Source of the DNA: Thermoanaerobaculia bacterium
GTDB taxonomy: Bacteria > Acidobacteriota > Thermoanaerobaculia > UBA5066
Direction of reading: 5' to 3'
DNA length: 64,000 bases
Assembly (NCBI GenBank): GCA_963719225.1
Contig: CAVRAY010000001.1
Location: forward strand, 32,001 to 96,000
Shown piece by piece: positions 1-9,488 of this stretch (positions within the stretch are counted from its first letter, which is position 1; each line of letters starts with the position of its first letter). The translations under genes were made by a program, and so were the position numbers. The notes beneath the pieces were generated by a model, which did no database searches, was not told where the DNA came from, and worked only from the letters and a program-made list of their open reading frames with translations.

Positions 1-1
1 C

Positions 2-817
2 GGCCTCCCGCCTTCCGCGAACCGTCTCGTCGAAGGGTCGCACCCGTGGGTTGCGAGCGTCATGGAGCTCGTGGGGCTCGAGGCGCCGGGTCCCCCCATC
101 CACGTCGTCCTCGCGCCGGAGTCGTCGCCGCTCGCGCGCAACGTGCCGGCGTGGGTGTCGGGTTACACGGACGCCGCGACCACCGACGTCGGGAGCGTCG
201 TCGTGCTCCTGGCCGAGCGCACGCCGTCGTATCCGGACGGCGGCCTCGAGGAAGTGCTCGCGCACGAGGTCACGCACGTCCTCATCCACCGCGCGAGCGG
301 CGGGCGGGCGGTGCCGCGCTGGTTCGACGAGGGGCTCGCGATGCTCGCGGCGCGCTCGTGGCGGCTGCGCGACGAGACCGAGCTCGCGCTCGGTGTGCTG
401 TCGGGCCCGCGCGTGCCGCTCTGGAAGCTGGACGATCTCTTCCACGGGGACCGGCGCGACGTGGAGCACGGCTACGCGCTGGCCGGCACGCTCGTCAAAG
501 ACCTTCTCGACCGCTACGGCTCGGCGGTGCCGCGCCTCGTCCTCACGCGCCTCGCGCGTGGAGAGGCGTTCGAGGACGCGGTGCGGAGCGCGACCGGGAC
601 GACGCTCATCGACGTGGGCGAGGCGTTCTACGCGCGGCAGGCGTCCCTGAAGCGGTGGATTCCGATTCTCACGAGCACGGCGGCGCTCTGGTTCGCGATC
701 TCGATTCTCGCGGTCGTCGCCGGTATCCGGAAGAGGAGGAGAAGAGCGGAGCTCGCGGAAGAGCCGGAAGAGATGGAAGAAGGCGTGGAACGGCCGCCGG
801 ACGAGACGGTGAACTGA
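2..817 (+). CDS. Zinc metallopeptidase (peptidase MA-like, gluzincin type), 5'-partial, with C-terminal TM helix
   Basis: HExxH (AHEVTH) followed by WFDEGLA; frame is open back to the window edge; hydrophobic ILTSTAALWFAISILAVVAGI followed by RKRRRR. Confidence 0.8.
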   Translation, partial: GLPPSANRLVEGSHPWVASVMELVGLEAPGPPIHVVLAPESSPLARNVPAWVSGYTDAATTDVGSVVVLLAERTPSYPDGGLEEVLAHEVTHVLIHRASGGRAVPRWFDEGLAMLAARSWRLRDETELALGVLSGPRVPLWKLDDLFHGDRRDVEHGYALAGTLVKDLLDRYGSAVPRLVLTRLARGEAFEDAVRSATGTTLIDVGEAFYARQASLKRWIPILTSTAALWFAISILAVVAGIRKRRRRAELAEEPEEMEEGVERPPDETVN

Positions 818-848
818 GGCTCCCGGCGGCAGTACACTGCCGCTCCTC

Positions 849-3275
849 GTGGCTGAAAACAACGACAGCGGCCCTGTCACCGGCTTTCCGACGCTCGACG
901 CGGGAGGTAGCCGCCCGCCTGTCGCGCCGGAGAAGCTGCCCGGCGCCATCGGCGGTTTTCGAATACTCGGCAAGCTCGGCGAAGGCGGGATGGGGATCGT
1001 GTACGAAGCCGAGCAGCAGAGCCCGCATCGCCGCGTCGCGCTGAAGGTCGTCCGCGGCGGCCAGTTCGTGGACGAGGTCTATCTCCGGATGTTCCGGAGG
1101 GAGACCGAAACGCTCGCGCGGCTCGCTCATCCGAACATCGCCGCCATCTACGAAGCCGGCCGCACGGAGGACGGACAGCACTTCTTCACGATGGAGCTGG
1201 TCACCGGGCAGAACCTCGGCGCCCACGTGAGAGACAAGCTGGGAGGGGAACGTCCCACGCTCGAGCAGCTTCGCTCGAGATTGGAGCTCTTCAACACGAT
1301 CTGCGCCGCCGTGAACTACGCGCACCAGCGCGGCGTGATTCACCGCGATCTGAAGCCCTCGAACATCGTGGTCACGGAATCGGGCGAGGTGAAGATCCTC
1401 GACTTCGGCCTCGCGCGCATCACGGACCAGGACGTCGCGGCGGCGACCGTGATGAGCGAGATGGGATCGATCAAGGGAACGCTCCCGTACATGAGCCCCG
1501 AACAGGCGCGCGGCGACCCGCGCGACATGGACCTGAGGACCGACGTCTACTCGCTCGGCGTCATCCTTTACGAGCTCCTCTCGGGCCGGCAGCCGTACGA
1601 CACCCAGAACGTCTCCATCGTGCAGGTCGTGCGCACGATCTGCGAGACGCCGCCGCGCCCCTTGAAGACGACGGCCGGCGGGCTTCCGATCGACGCGGAC
1701 CTGCAGACGATCGCCGCCAAGGCGCTGGAGAAAGAGCCCGACCGGCGCTACCAGAGCGCGGCGGATCTCTCGGACGACGTGGAGCGCTACCTCGCGAACC
1801 GGCCGATCCTCGCGCACCCGCCGAGCACGATGTACCAGCTCCGGAAGCTGGCCGCGCGGCACAGGGGCGGTGTCGCGGCGGCCGGCGCGATCGCGGTGCT
1901 CCTCGTGGCGCTGGGCGTCACGATGGCGGTGCAGGCGCAGCGGGTGAGGAGAGAGCGCGACCGCGCGACGGCCGAGGCCGCCAAGGCGAGCGCGATCAAC
2001 GCCTTCCTCCAGGACGCGCTGGGCGCGGCCGACCCGTGGTCGAAGGGCTCGCGCAACGTCTCGCTGCTGGAGGCGCTGCGGCAGGCGCAGGACAAGGCGA
2101 AGACGTCGTTCGCAAACCAGCCTCTCGTCGAGGCCTCGGTCCTGCAGACGATCGGGACGACGTTCGCGAACCTCGCGGAGTTCCCGGAGGCGGAGAAGGC
2201 GCTGAAGGCTGCGCTCGACCTGCGCGTCAAGGCCGCGGGCCCGAAGAGCGCCGGGGCCGCGGAGTCGATGGGAGCCCTCGCGAACATGTACTCGCTCTGG
2301 CGGAAGTTCGACGAGGCCGTGAAATACGCACGGGAAGCGGTCGACGTCACGCGCGAGCTCCACGGCGAGAAGAGCGTCGAGTCGGCTCTCCACACGTACG
2401 ATCTCGCCAACGCCCTCTTCGGATCCGGGAAGCCGCCCGAGGCCAAGGCGCTCGCCGAGGAGACGCTCCGGATCGTGCGGGGGAAGGGCGCGGTCCAGAC
2501 ACCCGAAGCCGCCAAGGCCGAGACCGACGCTCTCCTCATCCTCATCCAGGTCGCGACCGCCGCGGAGGACTTCAAGACGTTTTCGGCGCTGGCCAGGGAG
2601 CGGCTGGAGCTCCTGAAGAAGCGGTTCGGAGACCGCCACCCGGAAGTCGTCCAGGGCCTGAGCGATGTCGCCCTCAGCCAGATGTACCTCGGCGACTTCG
2701 CTGGCGCGGAGCACACGTTCCTCCAGGCCATCGACATGGAGATCGCGCTCCTCGGGCCCGATCACCCGGAGGTCGCCGCCGCGCGCGAGAACCTCGGGAA
2801 CGTCTACTTCCGCAGCGGCCAGCTCGACAAGACCGCGAAGAACCTCGAAGTGGTCCTGGCGATGCGGCGGAAGGCGCTGGGCGACGATTCGGAGTCCGTG
2901 GCGCGCACGATGGCGAACATGGCCACCGTGTACAAGAAAGCGGGCAACGACGAGGCCGCGGAAAAGACCTACCGTGAGGCGATCCCTCGCCTGGCGGACA
3001 AGCTCGGGCCCGACCACCCGGACGTCGGGATGACGCTCCTCGGCTTCGGCGATCTCCTGAGGAAAGTCGGCAAGTACCCCGAGGCCGAAACCGCGCTCAA
3101 GCGCTCGCTCGACATTCGCATCAAGGCGTTCGGGGAAGAGAACGCCATGGCGCAGAGGACGATCAAGCTGCTCGCCGACCTCTACACGGCGTGGAAGAAG
3201 CCCGCGCAGGCGGCGGCGTACACGGCGCGGCTGAGGCCGGCGGAGGTGAAACCCCCGGCGGCGGTGGCGCGTTAG
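849..3275 (+). CDS. Hanks-type Ser/Thr protein kinase with TM helix and C-terminal TPR repeats
   Basis: LGEGGMGIVY, VALK, HRDLKPSN, DFGLA, GTLPYMSPEQ; TM at about aa 340-360; repeated LGPDHPEV-type TPRs. Confidence 0.95.
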   Translation: MAENNDSGPVTGFPTLDAGGSRPPVAPEKLPGAIGGFRILGKLGEGGMGIVYEAEQQSPHRRVALKVVRGGQFVDEVYLRMFRRETETLARLAHPNIAAIYEAGRTEDGQHFFTMELVTGQNLGAHVRDKLGGERPTLEQLRSRLELFNTICAAVNYAHQRGVIHRDLKPSNIVVTESGEVKILDFGLARITDQDVAAATVMSEMGSIKGTLPYMSPEQARGDPRDMDLRTDVYSLGVILYELLSGRQPYDTQNVSIVQVVRTICETPPRPLKTTAGGLPIDADLQTIAAKALEKEPDRRYQSAADLSDDVERYLANRPILAHPPSTMYQLRKLAARHRGGVAAAGAIAVLLVALGVTMAVQAQRVRRERDRATAEAAKASAINAFLQDALGAADPWSKGSRNVSLLEALRQAQDKAKTSFANQPLVEASVLQTIGTTFANLAEFPEAEKALKAALDLRVKAAGPKSAGAAESMGALANMYSLWRKFDEAVKYAREAVDVTRELHGEKSVESALHTYDLANALFGSGKPPEAKALAEETLRIVRGKGAVQTPEAAKAETDALLILIQVATAAEDFKTFSALARERLELLKKRFGDRHPEVVQGLSDVALSQMYLGDFAGAEHTFLQAIDMEIALLGPDHPEVAAARENLGNVYFRSGQLDKTAKNLEVVLAMRRKALGDDSESVARTMANMATVYKKAGNDEAAEKTYREAIPRLADKLGPDHPDVGMTLLGFGDLLRKVGKYPEAETALKRSLDIRIKAFGEENAMAQRTIKLLADLYTAWKKPAQAAAYTARLRPAEVKPPAAVAR

Positions 3276-3292
3276 ACCATGAGGTGAGTTGC

Positions 3293-5371
3293 ATGAAGGC
3301 ATTCGCGACAGGATTGTTCGTCGTGCTGTCCGCGACGTTCGCGGCGGCCGCCGCCGAGAGCGGCGACGATCCGTTCCAGTGGCTGGAGGACGTGCAGGGC
3401 GAAAAGGCGCTGGCCTGGGCGAAGGAGCACAACGCGAAATCGACCGCGCTCCTTCAGGCCCGCCCCGAGTACGCGCCGATCTACGAGCGCACGCTCGCGA
3501 TCCTGGATTCGAAGGAAAAGATCCCCTTCCCCGAGCTCCTCGGCGAGGCCGTCTACAACTTCTGGAAGGACGAGCTGCACGTGCGCGGCCTGTGGCGGCG
3601 GACGACGCTCGCTTCCTATCGCACCGCCGCGCCTCAGTGGGAAACGGTCCTCGACGTCGACGCGCTCGCGAAGGCGGACGGCAAGAGCTGGGTCTGGAAG
3701 GGCGCGGACTGCCTGCCGCCGTCTTTCGTGCGGTGCATCCTCACCCTCTCGCCGGGCGGTTCCGACGCTTCTGAGAAGCGTGAGTTCGACACGAAGACGA
3801 GGCAGTTCGTGCCTGGCGGCTTTTCCCTGCCCGAGGCGAAGTCGATCGTCAATTGGCGAGACGAGGACACGCTCTGGGTCGGGACGGACTTCGGCCCCGG
3901 GTCGCTCACCAAGTCCGGCTATCCACGCATCGTCAAGCTTTGGAAGCGCGGCACCTCGCTGTCTTCAGCGCGGACCGTCTTCGAAGTGAAGGCGGAGGAT
4001 GTCGCCGCGGGCGGCTACAGCGACATCCTGAGCGACGGCCGGTACGACTTCGTCCGGAGGACCCCGGCCTACTTCCGGCAGGAGTCGTTCCTTTATCTCG
4101 GCGACCGCCTCGTCAAGCTGGACGTGCCCGAAGACTCCCGGCCGCGCGGGTTTTTCCGCGACCGGTACCTCTTCTCCCTGAGGAGCGCCTGGACGGCAGG
4201 CGGAAAGACGTACCGCGAAGGCTCCTTGCTCGCGGCCCGGGTCGACGATCTCCTGCGCGGCGCAGGCCGCTTTGACGTGCTCTTCGAGCCGTCCGAGCGG
4301 GTCTCGCTGGCCAGCGTCCAGCGCACGCGCGACCGCGTCCTCCTCCAGACGCTCGACAACGTGCGGGGCCACATCACGGCGCTTGCCCTCGACGGCGCCG
4401 ATTGGAAGAGGTCCGAGGTGCCGACGCCGGGCCTCGGCACCGCGGAGATTTCGTCCACGAGCGACCTCACGGAGAGCTTCTTCTTCACCTACGAGGACTA
4501 CGTAACGCCAGTCTCGCTGTGGCTCTCCGAGAAGGGCGGAGCGCCCGCCAAGGTCAAGAGCATGCCCGCGTTCTTCGACGCGACGGGAATCAGGACCGAG
4601 CAGCTCGAGGCGACCTCCAAGGACGGCACGAAGATCCCGTATTCCGTCGTGACGCCCAAGGGGTTTGTGGCCGACGGCACGACCCCCACGCTCCTCTACG
4701 GCTACGGCGGCTTCGAGCAGTCCATGGTGCCCAAGTACAGCGGCACCATCGGCACCGCGTGGCTCGCGCGCGGCGGCGTCTACGTCGTCGCGAACATCCG
4801 CGGCGGCGGCGAGTTCGGCCCCGCCTGGCACAAGGGAGCCGTGCGGGAGCAGCACATCCACAACTTCGAGGACTTCTCCGCGGTCGCGCGGGACCTGATC
4901 GCACGGAAGATCACGTCATCGCGCCACCTCGGGATCATGGGCGGCTCGCAGGGCGGCCTCCTCGTCGGCGGCACCTTCACGCTTTATCCGGACCTCGCCC
5001 ATGCGGTGGTCGTCCAGGTGCCTCTCGCCGACATGAAGCGCTACAGCCATCTCCTGGCCGGGGCGAGCTGGATGGCCGAGTACGGCGACCCGGACAAGCC
5101 CGAGGACTGGGCATTCATCCGGACGTGGTCGCCGTATCACCTCCTGAAAAAGGACGTGAAGTACCCGACGCCGTTCCTCTGGACCAACACCAAGGACGAC
5201 CGTGTGCACCCGGGACACGCGCGGAAGATGGTGGCCAGGATGGAGGCGCAGGGGCATCCCGTGTACTACTTCGAGAACATCGAGGGAGGCCACGGCACCG
5301 GCGCGGTCAGCAAGCAGACCGCGACGGTCAACGCGCTCCAGTATTCCTACCTCTGGATGATGCTGCGGTGA
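3293..5371 (+). CDS. Prolyl oligopeptidase family S9A, secreted
   Basis: Signal peptide MKAFATGLFVVLSATFAAAAA; DPFQWLE, LYGYGGF, NIRGGGEFG, GGSQGG nucleophile, DDRVHP, GGHG; GAGGTG RBS before ATG 3293. Confidence 0.93.
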   Translation: MKAFATGLFVVLSATFAAAAAESGDDPFQWLEDVQGEKALAWAKEHNAKSTALLQARPEYAPIYERTLAILDSKEKIPFPELLGEAVYNFWKDELHVRGLWRRTTLASYRTAAPQWETVLDVDALAKADGKSWVWKGADCLPPSFVRCILTLSPGGSDASEKREFDTKTRQFVPGGFSLPEAKSIVNWRDEDTLWVGTDFGPGSLTKSGYPRIVKLWKRGTSLSSARTVFEVKAEDVAAGGYSDILSDGRYDFVRRTPAYFRQESFLYLGDRLVKLDVPEDSRPRGFFRDRYLFSLRSAWTAGGKTYREGSLLAARVDDLLRGAGRFDVLFEPSERVSLASVQRTRDRVLLQTLDNVRGHITALALDGADWKRSEVPTPGLGTAEISSTSDLTESFFFTYEDYVTPVSLWLSEKGGAPAKVKSMPAFFDATGIRTEQLEATSKDGTKIPYSVVTPKGFVADGTTPTLLYGYGGFEQSMVPKYSGTIGTAWLARGGVYVVANIRGGGEFGPAWHKGAVREQHIHNFEDFSAVARDLIARKITSSRHLGIMGGSQGGLLVGGTFTLYPDLAHAVVVQVPLADMKRYSHLLAGASWMAEYGDPDKPEDWAFIRTWSPYHLLKKDVKYPTPFLWTNTKDDRVHPGHARKMVARMEAQGHPVYYFENIEGGHGTGAVSKQTATVNALQYSYLWMMLR

Positions 5372-5395
5372 GACGGCGCTAGACTTCGCGACTCC

Positions 5396-5839
5396 TTGAA
5401 GCAAATCCTCCTCTGGGGCGCGGTCGGCGGCGTCCTCATCGCAGCCCTGAAGCTCATCGAATACCAGCACTTCGTCCGCGCGTACCCCGGCGAGGTGTAC
5501 GGCGCGCTCGTCGCCGTCCTCTTCACGGCAGTCGGCGCGTACCTCGGCCTGAGGTGGACGCGGGCCCGGGAGATCGTCGTCGTGAAGGAAGTCCGGGTCC
5601 GCGAAAGCGGGCCGTTCGTCCTGAACGCGAGGGCACTGGAGGAATCCGGCCTGACGCCGCGCGAGCACGAGATCCTCGGCCTCATCGCCGAGGGTCTGAG
5701 CAACCGCGAGATCGGGGCTCGGCTCTTCGTCTCGGAGAACACAGTCAAGACTCACTCGGCGCGCCTCTTCGAGAAGCTGGGCGCCTCCCGGAGGACGCAG
5801 GCGGTCCAGGAGGGCCGGCGGTTGGGGCTGATCCCGTGA
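5396..5839 (+). CDS. Membrane-anchored LuxR-family HTH regulator with no receiver domain
   Basis: Two N-terminal hydrophobic segments followed by LTPREHEILGLIAEGLSNREIGARLFVSENTVKTH. Confidence 0.88.
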   Translation: MKQILLWGAVGGVLIAALKLIEYQHFVRAYPGEVYGALVAVLFTAVGAYLGLRWTRAREIVVVKEVRVRESGPFVLNARALEESGLTPREHEILGLIAEGLSNREIGARLFVSENTVKTHSARLFEKLGASRRTQAVQEGRRLGLIP

Positions 5840-5898
5840 TTTCGGGTCAACGAAAGGATGATTCGCGCGGGTGCGACCCGAAATCACCCGAAGGTATG
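5836..5898. promoter_or_regulatory. 13-bp perfect inverted repeat plus two TCA-N9/10-TGA boxes; candidate operator
   Basis: GTGATTTCGGGTC 5836-5848 and GACCCGAAATCAC 5875-5887; TCAACGAAAGGATGA and TCACCCGAAGGTATGA. Confidence 0.5.
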
Positions 5899-5948
5899 AC
5901 GACAAGGCAACGGCCCGGCCCTAGGTTGCTGGACGAAAGGGGAGAGAC

Positions 5949-6500
5949 ATGAAGAAGATCGTTTGGACGTTCGGCCTGATCTCGGGCGGGATCCTCGCGG
6001 TGCTGATGGCGGTCACGGCACCGCTGTGCATGGACAGGAAGATGGGCGACTACGCGGAGATCATCGGCTACAGCGCCATGGTCCTGGCGTTTCTCCTCGT
6101 CTTTTTCGCCATCCGCTCCTACCGCGAGAACGTGGGCGGCGGCACGATCACGTTCGGCAAGGCTTTTCAGGTCGGGATTGCCGTGTGCCTGATCGCGAGC
6201 ACGTGCTATGTGGTCACTTGGGAGATCGTCTACTACAACTTCCTGCCCGATTTCGTGGACAGGTACGCCGCGCACACCCTCGAGAGGATGCAGGTCAAAG
6301 GCGCGACCCCGCAGGCGATCGAGAAAGCGACTCAGGACCTGGCGCGGTTCAAGGTGCTCTACAAGAACCCGCTCTTCAACGTCGGCATGACGTTCGTCGA
6401 GGTGCTCCCGGTCGGCCTGGTCGTGACGCTCATCTCGGCGGCGATCCTCAGGAGAAAAACGCCGCGCGCGCCTGCGGCGGCGCCGGCGGTTGCGGGCTGA
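5949..6500 (+). CDS. DUF4199-like membrane protein
   Basis: Four hydrophobic helices; GGTITFGKAFQVG and YYNFLPDFVDRY pattern; GGAGAG RBS. Confidence 0.75.
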   Translation: MKKIVWTFGLISGGILAVLMAVTAPLCMDRKMGDYAEIIGYSAMVLAFLLVFFAIRSYRENVGGGTITFGKAFQVGIAVCLIASTCYVVTWEIVYYNFLPDFVDRYAAHTLERMQVKGATPQAIEKATQDLARFKVLYKNPLFNVGMTFVEVLPVGLVVTLISAAILRRKTPRAPAAAPAVAG

Positions 6501-6562
6501 CGTGCCGCACGGCAGACGTGGCACGTACACGGTCACGGGTGCGAAGTACTGAAGCGGTCTCG

Positions 6563-7249
6563 CTACTCGAAGTACCCGCTCACGTCCACGATGAGATGGA
6601 CGCCGCCTGACGGTTGCGTGCAGCGGACGAAGACCGCGCCGTCCGTGCCGATCGCCAGGCGGGCGTTGTTCCCGCGCGTCTGGCCGGCGCGATAGCTGAT
6701 CGTCGAGGTGCCGGCGGGCATCGAGCCTGCCGGGTAAAGGCTGAGAGAGCCGGCCGCCGTGGGTTGCGTGACGGTGACGTTCGCGACCACGGCGATCGCG
6801 GTGGGCGGGATGCCGCAGCGACCGGGCAGCGTGAGGAAGCGGTCGGTGCTGCCGACGAGCGCAGGCCCTCCGAACGGTCCGTCCCACTGCGACGGGATGA
6901 CCGGCTGCCCGTCGAAGTGGATGTAGAAGAGGATCGTCTTCATCGGCGGGCGGTTTCCGCCGTACTCGGCGAAGACGAGCGGCTTCCCCTTGTTCGCGAG
7001 CTGGCGCGCCGCGAAGCCGCGCTTTGAGAAGGCCGCCTCGAGCCACGCGGCGTTCCTCTGGATGTCCGCGGGCCGGATCGAGTCGTTCGGAATCGAGAGG
7101 AGCTCGAGGTATTCGGGGAAGCTCGCGGCGGCGGCCGCGGCGATCGCCGCGCCATCGACGCCGGCGGGAAGCTCTGCCGGGGCGAGTCGGGCGCTCACGC
7201 CGAGGGTCACGAAGAAAGTGAGGGCGAGGGATGCTTTCCCATGCGTCAT
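6563..7249 (-). CDS. Chimeric secreted protein: N-terminal fragment of an M20/M25/M40 peptidase fused to a C-terminal ~105-aa beta module; possibly a pseudogene
   Basis: Signal peptide, then ELLSIPN...TILFYIHFDGQPV..W (M20 start), then an abrupt switch to GGPAL...CGIP..A.AVVANVTV...NNA...HLIVDVSGYFE. Confidence 0.7.
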   Translation of the reverse strand: MTHGKASLALTFFVTLGVSARLAPAELPAGVDGAAIAAAAAASFPEYLELLSIPNDSIRPADIQRNAAWLEAAFSKRGFAARQLANKGKPLVFAEYGGNRPPMKTILFYIHFDGQPVIPSQWDGPFGGPALVGSTDRFLTLPGRCGIPPTAIAVVANVTVTQPTAAGSLSLYPAGSMPAGTSTISYRAGQTRGNNARLAIGTDGAVFVRCTQPSGGVHLIVDVSGYFE

Positions 7250-7287
7250 GGTGAGAAGAGCGTATCTCAGGGGCGACCGCCCTCACG

Positions 7288-7302
7288 GAAGTCGTAGACT
7301 TC
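7288..7302. promoter_or_regulatory. Palindrome overlapping a candidate -10 box of the BLUF gene
   Basis: GAAGTC-GTA-GACTTC containing TAGACT 7295-7300; AGGAG RBS downstream. Confidence 0.4.
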
Positions 7303-7321
7303 GGACAGCAGGAGACCGCCC

Positions 7322-7750
7322 ATGCCCTTTCGCCTGATCTACTCCTCCGAGGCGGCTCCGGGCCTCGCCGCGAGCGAGCTCGAGGAGATGCTCGCGGAGT
7401 CGCGGATCCGCAACAAGGCACATGGAATCACCGGAGTCCTCCTCCTCGTCGAGGGCGCGTTCCTGCAGATCCTCGAAGGCGAGAAGGACGACGTCGAAGA
7501 TCTCATGGAGCGGATCCAGCGCGACCCGAGGCATCACGACATCAAGGTGTTCTACGAGGAGGACGTCGACGATCGCGCGTTCGAGTCGTGGAGCATGGCC
7601 TACCTGACCCCGAGCGCCGAAGAGCTTTCGAAGTGGATCCAGCTCGAGGGCGCGACGACGATCGGCGACGTCCTCGCGGCCGTCGAGAAGACCCCCGGAC
7701 GCCTTCCCGGGATGATCGTCAGGATGCTGAAGACGATCGCGGCGCCGTAG
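7322..7750 (+). CDS. Stand-alone BLUF blue-light sensor protein
   Basis: RLIYSS (Tyr), RN...ITGVL, FLQILEG (Gln), IQRDPRH, RAFESWSM (Trp/Met). Confidence 0.93.
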   Translation: MPFRLIYSSEAAPGLAASELEEMLAESRIRNKAHGITGVLLLVEGAFLQILEGEKDDVEDLMERIQRDPRHHDIKVFYEEDVDDRAFESWSMAYLTPSAEELSKWIQLEGATTIGDVLAAVEKTPGRLPGMIVRMLKTIAAP

Positions 7751-7771
7751 GCTCGCGCCGCGCAAGTCCGC

Positions 7772-8350
7772 TCACTTGGGCGTGATCGCTCCGCCCGCCG
7801 GCCACGTCGTATCGCCCACGCGCCTGAGGACCATCTCGAAGTTCCGAAACGGCTCCTTGCCGGGCTCGAGGACGTCGCCAACTTCCTTCAACGTGCCGTC
7901 CTTGATGACGGCCGTGTAGCGAAGGGTCCGCGGCCCCATCGGGATCTCCCACGTGTACCCATCGGGCATGGGCTTGATCGTGAAGTCGCCGACGTTGCCC
8001 ATCGCGTGGGAGTGCAGCGTGTACGTCTTCGTCGCGGGGTTATAGGAGATGGTGCCGAACGCGTTGAACGCCACGCGGCCGTCGGGCTCGTAGCCGCGCC
8101 CTTCGATGACTTTCACGGACCCGTCGAGGAAGGGCCCGATGCGCTCGGTCTGCGTGATGTGGTGCTTCTCGCCGTTCGGGAGGATCGTCCACGCGGGGCC
8201 GCGCCACACGCCGTCCATCGCGGCGAAGGCCGCCATGGCTTCTTTTTGGGCGGCGATGAGCGCGGCGGGGTCCGGGCGCCCCTGGGCGAATGCGCGCGAC
8301 GACACGGTGAGGGCAAGGAGCGCCAGCGCCGCGCGAGAAGTCCTGTTCAT
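7772..8350 (-). CDS. Secreted DUF1579-like beta-barrel protein
   Basis: Signal peptide ending AFA; MDGVWRG, ITQTERIGPFLDG, IEGRGY. Confidence 0.65.
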   Translation of the reverse strand: MNRTSRAALALLALTVSSRAFAQGRPDPAALIAAQKEAMAAFAAMDGVWRGPAWTILPNGEKHHITQTERIGPFLDGSVKVIEGRGYEPDGRVAFNAFGTISYNPATKTYTLHSHAMGNVGDFTIKPMPDGYTWEIPMGPRTLRYTAVIKDGTLKEVGDVLEPGKEPFRNFEMVLRRVGDTTWPAGGAITPK

Positions 8351-8351
8351 C

Positions 8352-9416
8352 TCATGCCCCCTTCAGGCTCGCGATGTCTATTACGAAGCGGTAGCGCACG
8401 TCGCTCTTGAGCATCCGTTCGTACGCCTCGTTGATCTTCTGGATCGGAATCATCTCGACGTCCGCGGCGATCTTCTTCGACGCGCAGTAGTCCAGCATCT
8501 CCTGCGTCTCGGCGATGCCGCCGATCATGGATCCGGCCAGAGTCTTGTTGCCGTAGATGAGCGAAAACACGGCCACGGAAGCCGGCTTCGGAGGGACGCC
8601 GAGGCAGACCATCGCTCCCTCCGGCTTGAGAAGGCCAAGGTACGTGTTGAGGTCGTGCTCGACCGAGATCGTGTCGATCAGGATGTCGAACGTCCCGCCC
8701 AGCTTCTTGAGATTCTTCGGATCGCTCGTGAGCTCGAAGGCGTGCGCGCCGAGCCTCTTCGCGTCTGCTTCCTTCCCGCGCGACGTCGAGAGCATCGTGA
8801 CCTCGGCGCCCATCGACGCGGCCAGCTTCACGGCCATGTGACCGAGACCTCCGAGCCCCACGATGCCCACCCGGCTGTCGGGCGCGCACTTCCAGTGCTT
8901 GAGCGGCGAATAAGTGGTGATCCCGGCGCAGAGGAGCGGGGCCGCCGCCGCGAGGTCGAGGCCGGACGGGACCTTCAGCGCGTACCTTTCGGTGACGACG
9001 ATCTGGGTCGAATAGCCGCCGTACGTCGGCGTCTTGCGGTCCATCTCGGTGCCGTTGTACGTGAAGGCCGCCCCTTTCTGGCAGAACTGCTCGTGGTGGC
9101 GGAGGCACGGCTCGCACTCGTGGCACGAGTCGACGAAGCAGCCGACGCCGGCAATGTCTCCGACGGCGAACTTCGAGACGTCGGCGCCGACTTTCGTCAC
9201 GCGGCCGACGATCTCGTGACCCGGCACCATCGGGAAGACGGAGGGCATGGAGTCGGCCCACTCGTTGCGGGCCATGTGGATGTCGGAGTGGCAGACGCCG
9301 CAGTAGAGGATCTCGATCTGGACGTCGCGCGGTCCCGGCTCGCGGCGCGTGATCGGGTGGGAAACGAGCGGTGCCTTCGCGGAAGGGGCGGCCCAGGCGG
9401 GGACGGGAGCTGTCAT
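8352..9416 (-). CDS. Zn/NADP-dependent alcohol dehydrogenase (CAD/YahK family)
   Basis: CGVCHSD, PGHEIVG, structural Zn C..C..C.......C, GLGGLG, YRFVID; GAGGAGG RBS. Confidence 0.95.
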   Translation of the reverse strand: MTAPVPAWAAPSAKAPLVSHPITRREPGPRDVQIEILYCGVCHSDIHMARNEWADSMPSVFPMVPGHEIVGRVTKVGADVSKFAVGDIAGVGCFVDSCHECEPCLRHHEQFCQKGAAFTYNGTEMDRKTPTYGGYSTQIVVTERYALKVPSGLDLAAAAPLLCAGITTYSPLKHWKCAPDSRVGIVGLGGLGHMAVKLAASMGAEVTMLSTSRGKEADAKRLGAHAFELTSDPKNLKKLGGTFDILIDTISVEHDLNTYLGLLKPEGAMVCLGVPPKPASVAVFSLIYGNKTLAGSMIGGIAETQEMLDYCASKKIAADVEMIPIQKINEAYERMLKSDVRYRFVIDIASLKGA

Positions 9417-9488
9417 GGGAAGTCCTCCTCGTGCGCGCCTTCCCGGGCGCGCCCATAGATCCTACCGCCCGACTGTAGACTGAAGAAC

